A stretch of 64,000 nucleotides of DNA, from NCBI RefSeq assembly GCF_000143415.4, contig NW_003314271.1:1470092-1534091 (forward strand), read 5' to 3'. The first letter of the stretch is position 1; each line of letters opens with the position of its first letter. Source of the stretch: Selaginella moellendorffii (Eukaryota > Plantae > Lycopodiophyta). The notes below the pieces were generated by a model. It ran no database searches. It had not been told where the DNA came from and was given only the letters and a program-made list of their open reading frames with translations. Made by a program: the position numbers and the translations under genes. Shown here piece after piece: positions 24,918 through 38,446 of this stretch.

Positions 24918-25569
24918 CCACCACAGCTAGTTGCTCTCCCGGAAGTAGAAAAGGAATTACGAGCAAGAAGTCACGCTCCACCAGCTTGTGTTCTAGTCTC
25001 AAGTTCCACCTGCAAGATGCGACAAATTATAATTTCAACAACCGGATAGAACTATCTGAAGCTACCTGAAGCTCGAATCAATCTCTAGGTATGGATCATC
25101 GAGAGAACATTGTGCTAGGGAGCTGGGGTGAGAAAGATCATCTCGGCATGCTCCAGCTCTCCAAGATGAAAGAAATATCCAAGCAGCTGGTTCCAGGACA
25201 AAATATCATGTGGCAGCATTCTCTCCAAGATCGTGCTCATATCTCGGCCATGACAAACAGATTCCACACCGCATACACAATCTAGGTACCTTCAAACAAA
25301 AGACTTCACTCTCTCGAGAACAAGAACATTGCAAGGGAATTCCCAGAACTTACAATCAACTTAACTTGGGGCTTCTTCTCAACCTGGTGGACGTGTGCAA
25401 CAGCTACAGCTTCTCCCTTATGGGAGCACAGAGAAGCCTCTTGTTGACCTGGTGGACGCAAGCAATGGCAGCAGCTTCTTCCAGCTGTACAAGAGCCCTA
25501 AAGATTCGAGCTTGGCCTTGATCTTTTGCTTGCTCGAACTTGATTGCTCTCTCTCTTTTTTCCACATCA

Positions 25570-26340
25570 GGGAGGAAAATGCAAGGCATTGGGAAGCAAT
25601 TTAGAGCAGGGAGATCATTGCTCTCACAGATCATAAATGCCTCAGAACATGCCCAGAAGGGACATCCGCAACAAGTGCTTTAAGTGATGGGAGGACTAGA
25701 GGAAAAGCCCATCTAGCTTTGGAATGCAATGATAAATGTTGACGATGTCTAGGAACTTTGACGAGGCCATGGAGATGTTTAAGATGATCCCGAAACACTG
25801 AGATGAAGTGTCATGGAACCCCCTAGTCACTGCATTTGCCTTCAAGGGGGATTTTGAGGCAATATCAAGTTTGTAGTCCAAAATGCCCAAGACACTTCAT
25901 TGTTTTCTGATGGCAATGGCATGTTCTTGCTACCACGGCCCTCTGCTTTTGGAGCGTTATCAGCTGGGGGGTAGCTAGAATGTATGCCATCATTAGAGAA
26001 GATTTGAAAGTGATGGGGGTGCTTGAAAGTGATGGGGGTGCCTGAGTGGCTGATTGTCCAGACCATGGTCCCAATAGGGAAAGGGCACAGCAAGAATATT
26101 GAGACCCTTAGAAGATTATTTTCAAGGTTGTAGGAGCAACACCAAGAAGGCTTAGCATCAACAACTTCAACACTTTTTAGTTAGCGGGATTCATCCGGAC
26201 AATCGTCATCACTCATTGATTTTCTTGGATGCACTATTTCTTGGTGCATATAGAAGCGTGTTTGGTGATGATGCCAGAAAGCTCAACCAAGAGGCAATGA
26301 AGTTGCGAAGGCTTTAGAATGTTTTGCATATTGCACAGAG
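25570..26340 (+). pseudogene. PPR-derived gene fragment in tandem unit copy 1
   Basis: LWNAMINVD/MSRNFDEAMEMFKMIPKH*DEVSWNPLVTAFAFKGDFEA resembles S-type PPR motifs; paralogous to ~36400-37150 and ~41950-42737. Confidence 0.65.
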
Positions 26341-26461
26341 GCACTCCAAGAGCAAAACCAGGCACTCCAGGCAGCACTCTAGGGGCAAAACCAAGCACTC
26401 CAGGTGACACTCCAGGGGCAAATCTAGGCACTCCAGGCAATACTCAACCAGGCACTCCAAG

Positions 26462-29400
26462 ACGTGGTTGGGAAAAGGTGGAAGACAAGTGTCAGACCGC
26501 ACCATGCCAAGGCCCGAAGGACCCAAGAGAGCAAGGTGACTTGGGAATTGAGCGGGAACAAGACGGCTGCTCCACACAAGGAAAGGTGGTAAAGGAAATC
26601 CCGCACACAGAAGCCTCTAAGACAGAGCCTCGCACCAGAGATTTAGGGAAACGAGTTGGAACAACGCTAGATGTCAAGGTGACAGCAAAGTCAGTCAAGC
26701 TGGGTGAGACACTCAGCTAGGTGGTGGCAGCTAGAAAAGAAGAACTACACAATAGGGCAGTGATTGCAGTATTCAAGGGGAAGTTATCCACTGGCCGCAT
26801 GAACATGGAATGGTTGAATGCTACGTTGGAGCAGAGGATTACAATCAAGAACCTGCTCCCACACGGACATGGATGCTACATAGTGGTGTTTGAGACAGAG
26901 GAGGCACGAGCTCGGGCAGAGGTGCTACATGGACTCATCGACGATAGCTAGGTGGTGTCTTTTCACCTATGGATTCCAAGGTTCACGGCAGACGACCAGG
27001 CATGCCTGAAGAGGGGAAGTGTCCCACTTAACGTGGTGTTGTGGGACATCCCAATGGAGATGAGGGTCAAAGAGGTGATAAGAGAGCTTGTCGAGGGAAG
27101 CATCGGGCAGATCACCTCGGGCCTAGACACCATGGATGCAGAGGGTATCCGGGGCCCTGTCAGGCTTAAGGTCTTTGTCTCGTCCCCAGAAAAACTTCCT
27201 ACAAATATAGCAGTCTTGGGATAGTATGTTCGTATATAGGTAGAAAACGCAGCACCACGCTGTGGTTTTTGCCTACAGTCCAGGCATAGCAAGAATGCGT
27301 GCATGACCAAACGTCCCAAGCTTGCTCCAGGAAGTCCCTTTGAACTCCCAGAGGTTGTGGAGAAGCAACTGAAGCAACATCCTCCAAAGCAGGCTCCACA
27401 CATCCGGTTCCCAAGTGCACCACCTTTCTCTGGACCTAATTCATAGCCCAGAATGTTTGAGAGCCCGATCGCTGAAAAGGATGGTGAAGGTTTTCAGCAA
27501 GTTCTTCCTCGGACGGTGAACATGGCAGTCAGATGGATCCCACCCAGGAGAGAACTGACAACCACAGAGGCAGGAGACTGGCTGATGTACCGAGGGCACA
27601 CAGCTTTCCCAGAGGTCATCACGCTTGGCAATTATCAGACCTGAATGGAACGCGCCATCACAAAGTGGACAGGATTTTTAGAATACACAGTGCGGGGCTT
27701 CTCCTGGACCAAGTACAAGGGGAGGCTCACTGCAGTATAGACCATCTCCTCGGAATGGAGGGCTAGGCCTAGTAGCACGGTTTTCTCCTGGAAATACGTT
27801 GCCCCATAACCACGCTCACAGTGCTCACGTGGAACTGTCGGGGACTCAGCTCTGACGACAGCAAACTCAACAAGAGAGTACAACTCAAGTCCCACATCCG
27901 GGAGATTGGCTTAGAGGGGAGGATCGACATACTGTGCATCCAAGAGCACAAGATGGTGAAGGCTCCAGACTTCAACCTGGGCATGCGTGGGAGAATCTGG
28001 TGAAATCCAGCCATGCAAGCGAGAATATGGTGTGGAGGAGGAACAGCAATCATCATCTCTACTAAGTGGTCAGCACATGTACGCGACCATAGGGTGCTGG
28101 TTCTGGGGAAAGCACAGCTGTTGGTCATACACCTCCACTTTGGGTGTGTTGGGATTGTCAACGTGTATGCACCCACTCGAAGAAGGGAGCGCGCACAGAT
28201 GTGGACAGATATCCAGCAGAGCACTCAAGGAGTGGCAGACGAGTGGCTTGTGGTAGGAGACTTCATCATGGTGGAGGTTTTGAGTGACTGATGAGGTTCA
28301 CTGGAAACCATTCAAGGGAGAGAGAGAAAGAATTGGACAGTGCTAGTCGAAGCCCTGGGAGTCTTGGACCTCCAGCATGCAGAGGGATTCACTACACACT
28401 CCCACCCATTCACGAGACGCCAATCGACGGGGTGCCAGGCTCGACTGGACAGGATTTATGCCTCTACCAAGCTACGATAAGATGGAGGGGGACTCAAAAC
28501 GTGGCCCGCGTTTGCCACCTTTTTAGACCACGACCCACTCCGAGGCATTCTCAAGCTACAAGCGGTGAAGGGAACGGGGGTGCAGAGGAAGATTACCAAA
28601 GCCACAATGGCCAACCCGGTAGCAATGAAGCTCGTCCGGGAAGCACTAGTCAGCAACAAAGGGGAACTCGTCTCAACACTAGGCACTTGCTCCACTAAGC
28701 TCCGAGAAAGGCAAGCAGCACTCAAAGGGGAAGTCTTGAAAGAGGTGAGACTGGCGAGACAAAAGGTGGCGGCAGCCCAGAGAATGGTCCTACATGCAAA
28801 CAAGGCCAGATGGACAGCAACATTGGATGAGAGGGAAGCCGAGCTGCAGGACAAGGAATATGCAGCATGGAGTGCTGGACTCCGTACCATGGAGGATAGT
28901 TGGGTGATGAATGAGCGGCTTCTCAACAAAGCCTTCTACAAAGGGATCTGTCCAATCACCGACTCCCCCCCGATCCTAGGACTGAGGAAGGACGACAGAG
29001 AAGTGGTAGAGGACCAATAGGGAATGCAGGGGCTAGCACAGGAATTTTACCAGAAGCTGTACATGGCCAAACCCTGGTCCTAGGATAGGAGAGACACCGC
29101 AACCAGAGTGCTGTCCACTCTTCCACATAGAGTTCCCGACAAATATCTGGAGATGCTGGTGGTCGACTTTTCTTTGGAAGACCTCCACCAAGCCTTGGAG
29201 CAGCTGAACAATGACAAGATGCCAGGTATTGGACGGCCTCCTTCTGACATTCTATGAGGAGTATTGGGACAACGTTGGCCTGATGCTCCTGGAGACATGG
29301 CAAGACGCACAACAAACAGGGGTGCTGCCGGGAGAGATACTGGAGGGACAAATCGCACTAATTCCGAAACGGGGTGACCTCCAGGAACTAGCGCCCCATA

Positions 29401-32400
29401 ACCATGCTCAACAAGTCATACAAGATATATGCAAAGGCAATGGCACTCAAGCTGCAGCCAGTCATGCCCCTCATCATCAGAGAACAACAAACTGGATTCA
29501 TGCCGGGATGACAGATCGCAGAAAACATATGGACATACCTCTTGGCACAGCAGTGGGCAAACGTCTCAAATCAACAGATTGTAGCGTGGCTACTAGACTT
29601 TGAGAAGGCCTACGATCAAGTCAATTGGGACTTCTTAGAGGATTGCATGTGGAGGATAGGGATCCCGGCAAAGACTGTCTCGCGTATCTCACTTCTGTAT
29701 AGGGGAGCTTCAAGCCGGGTCACACTGAATGGAGAGATAGGCCTGACCTTCCACTTGGGATGATCAGTGAGGCAGGGATGTCCACTCACCCCCTACCTAT
29801 TCCTGATAGTAGCAGAGACACTGGGCTCTTTCCTCGCACATGGAGGGGACGTAAAAGGCCTGGTGCTACCCTCTGAATGGCTACAACTCCCAGGAACTCA
29901 AGTTGTGATGCAAGAGCTGCAAGATGGGGTGTTTGCAGATCACACTGCACTCTTCCTACTTGCCACCCCGGGGAACCTGGATGCAGCAAGGTCCAAGCTG
30001 GAGATCTTCAACATGGCAGCAAGGGCAACCATAAACTGGAACAAGTCAGTAGGCGTGAACTGGGGAAAGCCGGGTATCGAGACCTGGGGACAAGAGATAG
30101 GCTTTCAGTGGCTTCACCTTAGCAAAGACACTCGGTACCTCAGCATCCAGGTTGGGGTCCAATACAGTGCGGCTACACAGGATGACATGCTTCTCAGGAG
30201 GATCCGGATTGCAGTTCAGAAATGGACACTGAGGAAACTCAGACTCCCAGCTCGGATTGTAGTGGTCAAGAGCGTGATCCTCCCCAGCATCTGGTACCAC
30301 CTCTCGATTTGGCCGGTGCTGGAAACTACACTGCAAAAGGTGAGACAGATGGTGCAAACCTACATGTGGCATGGAGCATTGGCTACAGGGCGAACCATGG
30401 CCAAGGTGGCATGGCAATCTACAGCGAGGCCGCGCATTCTAGGGGGGCTTGGGATCATCAACCCCAGTGACATGGCGAAGGCGATGAAGTACAAGATCTT
30501 TCTCATAGGCTTGCAACAGGGGAGACAGCCGTGGCGACTCATGTTCTGGCAAAGCCTCCTAGCAATACGCCCCAAACACAATGCAGCCAAACTGTGGGAG
30601 GAGGACCCATGGTGACTATTCATAGAAGGACCAACACAAGTAGTGAGAGGGGGCAACTTCATCCAGAGCCTTCATCGACTGTGGAGAGCCTTTCCGCTGG
30701 AGCAAACACCATTGACCAAGGCCGAGGAGTGGCTTAACCAGCCTTTGTTCTTCAACGCACTGTTCAAAGTGGGAGGTGTGACACTGGGACGAGAGACACA
30801 CCACACGATCTGGAGGAAAATGCATGCAAACGGATTCCGGACAATGAAGCAACTAGCAGGAGTGATTGATAGGGATTGGTGGCAAACAGCGAGAAGGACT
30901 CAAGTGTTTGGACCTTGGAAGCGATGCAACATCCTACTGGACATTCTGCGACTCCTCCGAGTGGTGAACGACATGAAAGCAGGGATGAAGTGGCTGAGAA
31001 GATGCCTGCAAGTAGGGGACTTTGTGGTGATCCAGTGGCAAACAGAGTGGGAGGAACACGATGCAATGTGACGTCCACTGGGGGCATGGACTCGAGCATT
31101 CACCGTGCCTACACCAGCATGGAAAGAAGGGGACATTGAGGTGTGGTTCGTCGCCACACCAGAGCACAACATAGGATGGCCCTTTCGCATCACGAGAGGA
31201 GATGTGCTTCTCCTAATGGGTGAGAGACAAGAGATGCCGGATGTCATGGACAATGAGGTACGTGAGAGGATTTGTGTGCTTAGGTAGTCACCCAAGAGGC
31301 TGGATGTGGTGGAATCGGAAGACCTATTGGAGGGTGATGGATCATTGATATGGTGGCAACAGCAGCTACTAGAAGATCTAGACTACGACCTTGCCGCATG
31401 GCGACAAGGGATAGGAAGCTTTTTCTCCTATGCAATCTAGGAAGTGCGGAATGGACTATTGACATCGCGGGAGGAAGCAAGAGAGGAGATTCCAAAACTG
31501 TGGCAGAAGTGGATAGCACAGGGGGTCGATGCGGAGCAAGTGGTGGAACACACAATTCACTTCTGGAAGTTGCCCGTACAGGAAAAAGTGAAAGTCACCT
31601 CATGGTTGGTAGCGAACAACGGGCTCCCGGTTGGACAGCAATTCCAGGACGACGTGAGTCGTAGGTGCAGGGAGTGTGGCGAAATCGAGACAATCAAGCA
31701 TGCGCTGTGGGAGTGTGACATTGCAAAGGAGGTGTGGCACCAAATCATTAAGGTAGAGAAGGAGTTGGGTGTGACACAGAATTTCGAGGCCTGTAGTGGG
31801 GACGTGCTCCACTAGTTTGAGGAAGCGAGGGGTCCTGCTCAGGGCCCAGCTTTGGGACACATCAGGTGAAGAGGACGACATGGCTAGGGGATTCAGGTCT
31901 GGTGGGATGTGACTGGGGCAGAGACAGGAGTCCCCATGTGGGAGGCACTTGGCCATGCTCGATGGGCGATATGGCGTGCGACCGGAGTCCAAGCCCTTTG
32001 GGAAGCATGTAACCGGGCGCACTTCGATGGGACACAGGTCAGAGTATCACAAGTACTGGTAGAGTGGTGGAGACTTACACTGGCGGTAGTACGGCTTCAC
32101 CATGCTATCCTCCAGGACAGGGGGAAGCTCGAGAGGCTCAAGGAGTGGGAGAAAGCATGGCTGCCATGTTTTGGTGAAGGAGACCACAATAAGGTTCATT
32201 GGAGATGGCGCCCCCCGGAGTCGATCTCACGGTCAGCACGAAGGGGGGACTTGGACCTAGACGCGATACAATGGAGACGACTGCAGCCACTTCTACTGCA
32301 GGCCTAGTCTTAATTTGGATGAGACTCCACTAGGTAGCATGAGCTTCAGGCAGCAAGCCCGGTTTTTGTATTAGTCCCCACGGGACATTGGGGAATGTAC

Positions 32401-32412
32401 ATACACGTTTCA
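26462..32412 (+). mobile_element. L1/Tx1-clade LINE, near full length, degenerate
   Basis: ORF1 remnants (DUF4283-like, knuckle CGFCLQSRHSKNAC). ORF2: APE LTWNCRGL/DILCIQEHK/VNVYAP/WLVVGDF; RT LLDFEKAYDQVNW/RQGCPLTPYLF/FADHT; zf-RVT CRECGEIETIKHALWEC. TSD TCAACCAGGCACTC(C/T)A(A/G)G at 26444-26461 and 32413-32430; empty site at ~37260. Confidence 0.93.
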
Positions 32413-33616
32413 TCAACCAGGCACTCTAGGGGCAAAAGCAAGGGCGAAAGAAGGGGCAAATTTCTGAGCAAGAAGCTGAGATAAGAAGTGCATTAGAAGA
32501 TATGGAGAGGTGGATCTCCAGTGGCATCATTCCAAGGTGATTGAGAAAACTACAAGCCTCTTACTAATGAATCAAAAAGTTAATGAGACAGGAAAAGCTT
32601 CTATGAATTCGAGCTTATACATAGAATATGTAATGTAAATATAGGATATTATATCTATAAATATATTGATTATATAGTAGGAAGTATACTTATTGCAAAT
32701 CAAGCAGTACAAGTAGCAAAAGATCACTTAAGTTTTTTAATGAACCCTATCTTTTGCTCTTGTCAAAATCTATATTCTCCTTGGTCTTTGAGAACACTAA
32801 ACACCTAAGATTCAGCACAGTCAAGCCAACTCTTTTATACATCAAAGACACGTGCAGTAGCACCAAAGGAAAGAAGATAAAATTTCCTCCTATTTCTAAT
32901 GTTTACAAAGCTTATTGATTGCACATGACACTTTGTTATGAAACCTCCTGTAGTGAGTGGTTTTGGCATGGCAGAAAATGGCTGTTTCAAAGCTTCATTG
33001 TGGTTTGCTAGAACCAAGAACATTCCATATATCACTAAGCTATTTAGTAACATTCTGATTGTTTGTCGTCTAAGTACACTATGGATGGGGACTTTATATG
33101 ACAACTTTTTGGCTTTTCAAGTTGTAAAACACACAAATAGTGGCAAGCTCGTAGTTGCAAGACCAGTGAAACTCCTCTAACAAGACCTAATTGAAAATAG
33201 TAAAGTGCTTATCTATTGCATGAGGAGTTGTTACTTGCTTTTGCTTTCAATTCCAGCCTCTTTGACCTCACAACATAGCATTTTTCTGTGGCCTCATTCA
33301 ATGCAATGCTAAGTCCTCCTTGATTGTTATTAGCTTTAATAACTTGAACTCTCACAAATTTATTATTATACAAGATTTATTGCTGCATGATTACCAGGCA
33401 CTCTGCACTAGATACCAAAGCAGATACCACCATTTTCATTCGCAGAAAAGAGAAACACTATGATTGCCTAGCAATAGTAGACTTAAGGAACTTCCCACTA
33501 TTTCTTGTTGTACATTTTGCAAGAAATATATTGCAAAATGAAAGAGAATCTCATTTGAATATTCTAAGTATGTTCTTAAACTAAGAAAATTTAGCATCAG
33601 TTTGTAGGGTTAGGGT

Positions 33617-34619
33617 ATGGCACAGCTGCTCTGAAAAGGAGGGGAGACTTCCTGGTGGAATCTGTAATGGATTGTTTAGGATAGAGGCGATGGCACTACA
33701 CGGCCTTCTGCACCATTGTGGACATGGCACTTCAAAGGCTAGACCACAGGATCCAACGTGTATTTGGTCACACGTGCGAGCAAGGTAGAGTGTTGGGTAT
33801 CAGCAGAATTGCAATGGAGGCCATTGTCTGCAAGAAACCCACGTCCTATGAAGAGCACTATGAAGGTATTTGGGATGGCGACCTCACTTACACCAATGTT
33901 CACCTTTGCGTCGACGACTACAAGAGGGCGCCAACAACGATCGAAGAAGTCTAGGAAGAGCTCTAGCAGTAGCAGAAACAGCAGCAGCTGCAGAAGATGC
34001 CATTGTTTAGTCGACGTCTGATCAAGTACATGAGGTTAGGCATGATACCCCATGAGATTCAAGGGTGTGGCCTGGTATCGAGAAAGTTTCGGCAGGAAAT
34101 GGTCTCTTAGGTGGAGCGGGACCTGTTCAGTGGTGCTGGATCACTGGAGATGCAGGCACGGCTAGTGTTTGATGCACGGATGCTGGCACATGAGTGGGAG
34201 TTTGTGTTGAGGAGTTTTGACAAGTCTAAGTCATTGGATAGATTGTTGTGGATGGACACGGACTGCTCACCTAATGTTGAATTCAATGACGGGATGAGTC
34301 AGGAGGATTTTGATCAAGAGACTTATGATGAACTTGTTGAGGACCTGGAAGCTGCAAAGATGGTGGTGCAGAATGGTGGCTTCAACAAGATTTGAACCTG
34401 GCCAGGGAATGCATGTGTGGATCTCTTCAACTTTCAGGTCGGGGGTGTGGTGAGCTCAAATTCAAACCTGAGAGAAACGATGAATACAATGACAACGTTG
34501 AGGATGACTTTAGCCTGGGTGAACACCCAAATAAGCAGCAAGTGAAATACAAGATGACCAAGAGAGGTTTGGGACCTCTCAAAAGAAGTTCAAACTTTGA
34601 TCCGAGCGAGGAAGAATAA
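33617..34619 (+). pseudogene. Unknown ~340-aa ORF, copy 2
   Basis: Mostly in one frame, with CAG>TAG, TGG>TAG and CGA>TGA stops and two indels. Confidence 0.7.
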
Positions 34620-37600
34620 GAAGTAATGAGATTCTTGTAAGGTTAAATCCAATGCTGTGACTCCCAACAGTCAATAGGGTCCACTTTATTCAACATAGGG
34701 TCTCTCACAAAGCTGGCAAAAGACAAGGACAACTTCCTGGGCTCCATTCTCCTACTTTTTTGGGCAGAAAACTACCATGTGAGTGTTGAGGATTTCCTCA
34801 CTGGAGCTGGAGCACCTTTTCTATCTAATGTATATATTGTTTGATAGAAAGATAGACTAATGATGCAAGATGGTTCACTGTTGTGTATACCTTTCCAAAC
34901 AATAGTGATTGATGGATGCTAGAATTGATGCTTTATGATGGGTAGTTAACGGTTATTTTTCTTTTAGAATCTATAGATACTCAGACTGCATTTAATGGTG
35001 TGGAGGAGAGGTAGCATTAAATCTAAAACCCTCCACACAAGATCGGAAATACCAAGGCTAGCGTATGCAGCGAACGTGTAGGAAATTTTTCTTTTTTCTT
35101 TCTTTTCAGTCTCTAGAGAGGCTCATGCACTCATGATGTTGAGACGATGATTAAGTTCAACTCACACTAGCGGGATTTAAGATTCCCCAACATCATCAGA
35201 TATAGATTGAAGTTTTATCGAGTTCTTCTCAAGTCGTGATAGGTCATCCATGCTGAATCACCCCCAAAAACATTTTGTACACTACCAACTAGCTGTTTTT
35301 CTCTCACATAACAGCAGCAGTGGCCGAGAACAAAAGAGAGATCATAGCAAAAAAGCCAAGCATTTCTCCTTCTCGTGTCGTCACGCTGGAGTTAGCCATG
35401 CGAGCTCGGCCCTGGATCAAGCAGCCTCTCCAGCGTTGCTTCTGCAATGATGCTCGTGGCAATGGAACTTTTCCAGCGTCCAAAACATGCTTGACAAGCG
35501 TGGCTGCACTCACAGCAAGAGTCAATTTCCCCTTCAAAGAACTGCTATCATAACAAAACTGTCAAATTACAGCTTGCAACCATCAAACCGAATCCCCTCT
35601 CAGTTGCCTCGATGCAGTGATCGTGTTTGCTTTGCTTTTGCTAGACTTGCTTTGCCTAGTTGAAATATCAAACAAAGAGAGATGACAAGCCGCACCTCCT
35701 TTGCTGTATATCTGCAATTTTGACTGTCGTGATCCACTCATAAATCCTCGACCACCACAGCTAGTTGCTCTCCTAGAAGTAGAAAAGGAATTACGAGAAA
35801 GAAGTTGCACTCCACCAGCTTGCATTCTAGTCTCAAGTTCCACCTACAAGACGCGACAGATTATAATTTCAATAATCGGATAGAACTATTTGAAGTTACC
35901 TGAAGCTCAATCTCTAGACATGGATCATTGAGAGAACATTGCACTGGGGAGCTGGGGTGAGAAAGATCATCTCAGCATGCTCCAACTCTCCAAGATTAGA
36001 GAAACATCCAAGCAGCTGGTTCTAGGACGAAATATCATGCGGTCGCATTCTCTCTAAGATCGTGCTCATATCTCAGCTGTAACAAACAGATTCCACATCG
36101 TGTACACAATCTAGGTACATTCAAACAGAAGACTTCACTCACTCGAGAACAAGAACATCACAAAGGAACTCCCAGAACTTACAATCAACATAACTTACGG
36201 CTTCTTCTCAACCTAGTGGACGTGCGCAATGTTTGCAGCTTCTTCCTTGTGGGAGCACAGAGAAGCCTCTTCCTGACCTGGTGGACACAAGCAACGGCCA
36301 CAGCTTCTTCCAGCTCTACAAGAGCTTTAAAGATTCAAGCTTGGTCTTGATCTTTTGCTTGCTCGTCCTTGCTTGCTCTCTCTCTCTTTTCCACATCAGG
36401 GAGGAAAATGCAAGGCACTGGGAAGCAATTCAAAGCAGGGAGATCGTTGCTCTCACGAATCATAAATGCCTTAGAACATGCCCAGATGGGACATCTGCAG
36501 CAAGTGCTTGAAGTGATGGGAGGACTGGAGGAAAAGCCCATCTAGCTTTGGAATGCAATGATCCAAATGTTGACAATGTCTGGGAACTTTGATGAGGCCG
36601 TGGAGATGTTTAGGATGATCCCGAAACACTGAGATGAAGTGTCATGGAACATTGCATTTGCCTTCAAGGGGGATTTTGAGGCAACATCAAGCTTGCAGTC
36701 CAAAATGCCCAAGACACTTCATTGTTTTCTGACTGCAAAGACATGGCAATGACATGTTCTTGCTACCTTGGCTCTCTGCTTTTGGAGCATTATCAACTAG
36801 GGGGAAGCTAGAATGTATACCATCATGAGAGAAGATTTGAATGTGATGGGGGTGCTTGAGTGGACAATTGTCCAGGCTGTGGCCCCAATGGGGAAAGGGC
36901 ACAGCAAGAATATTGAGACCCTTAGAAGATTATTTTCAATGTTGTAGGAGCAATGCTAAGAAGGCCAAGCATCAACAACTTTGGCACTTTTTAGTTAGTG
37001 GGATTCATCTGGACAATCATCATCACTCATTAATTTTCTTGGATGCACTATTTCTTGGTGCATCTAGAAGCGTGTTTGTTGATGATGTCAGAAATCTCAA
37101 CCAAGAGGCAATGAAGTTGTGATGGCTTCGGAATGTTTTTGCACATTGCACAGAGGCTCTCCAAGAGCGAAACCAAGCACTCCAAGCAACACTCCAGGGG
37201 CAAAACCAAGCACTCCAGGTGACACTCCAGGGGCAAAACTAAGCACTCCAGGCAGTACTCAACCAAGCACTCTACGGGCGAAAGAAGGGGCAAATTTCTG
37301 AGCAAGAAGCCGAGATAGGAAGAAGTGCATTAGAAGATATTAAGAGGTGGATCTCTAGTGGCATCATTGCAAGGCAATTGAGAAAACTACAAGCCTCTTA
37401 CCAACGAATCAAAAAGTTAAAGAGATACGAAAAGCTTCTGTGAATTCAAGCTTATACATAGAATATGTAATGTAAATATAGGATATTATATCTATAAATA
37501 TAACGATTATATAGTAGGAAGTATACTTATTGCAAATCAAGTAGTAAAAGTATCACTTAAGTTTTTTAATAAACCCTATCCCTTGCTCTCGTCAAAATCT

Positions 37601-38446
37601 CTATTCTCTTTAGTCTTTGAGAACACTAAACACTTGAGATTCAACATAGTTGAGCCAACTCGTCTATACATCAAAGATGTGTGTAGCAACACTATAGGAA
37701 AGAAGATAAAATTTCCTCCTATTTCTAATGTTTACAAAGCTTGTTGATTGCACATGACACTTCATTATGAAACCTCCTGCAGTGAGTGGTTTTGGCATGA
37801 CAGAAAATGGTTGTTTCAAGGCTTCATTGTGGTTTGCTAAAACCAAGAACATTCTATATGTCGCTAAGCTATTTAGTAACATTCTGATTGTTTGTTGTCT
37901 GAGTACACTATGGATGGGGACTTTATACGACAACTTTCTGGCTTTTCAAGTTGTAAAACACACAAATAGTGGCAAGCTTGTAGTTGCAAGACTAGTGAAA
38001 CTCCTCTAACAAGACCCAATTGAAAATAGTAAAGTGCTTATCTATTGCATGAGGAGTTGTTACTTGCTTTTGCTTTCAATTCCAGCTTCTTTGACCTCAC
38101 AACATAGCATTTTCTGTGGCCTCGTTCAATACAATGCTAAGTCTTCCTTGATTGTTATTAGCTTTAATAACTTGAACTCTCACAAATTTATTATTATACA
38201 AGATTTATTGTTGCATGTTTACTAGGCACTTTGCACTAGATACCAAAGCAGATGCCACCATTTTCATTCCCAGAAAAGAGAAACACTATGATTGCCTAGC
38301 AACAGTAGACTTAAGGAACTTCCCACTATTTCTTGTTGTACATTTTGCAAGAAATATATTGCAAAACGAAAGAGAATCTCATTTGAATATTCTAAGTATG
38401 TTCTTTACTCTAAAAACTATTTAGCATCAGTTTGTAGGGTTAGGGT
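33617..38446 (+). repeat. Tandem unit copy 2 (4830 bp, no TE insertions)
   Basis: Period defined by TTTGTAGGGTTAGGGTATGGCACA at 33601 and 38431; provides the empty alleles of the gypsy, LINE and foldback insertion sites. Confidence 0.93.

Larger units (their letters stand above)
4838..33616 (+). repeat. Tandem unit copy 1 (~5.0 kb after removing the gypsy and LINE insertions)
   Basis: 4838-7100 + 24923-26461 + 32431-33616 are collinear with 33617-38446. Confidence 0.9.
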
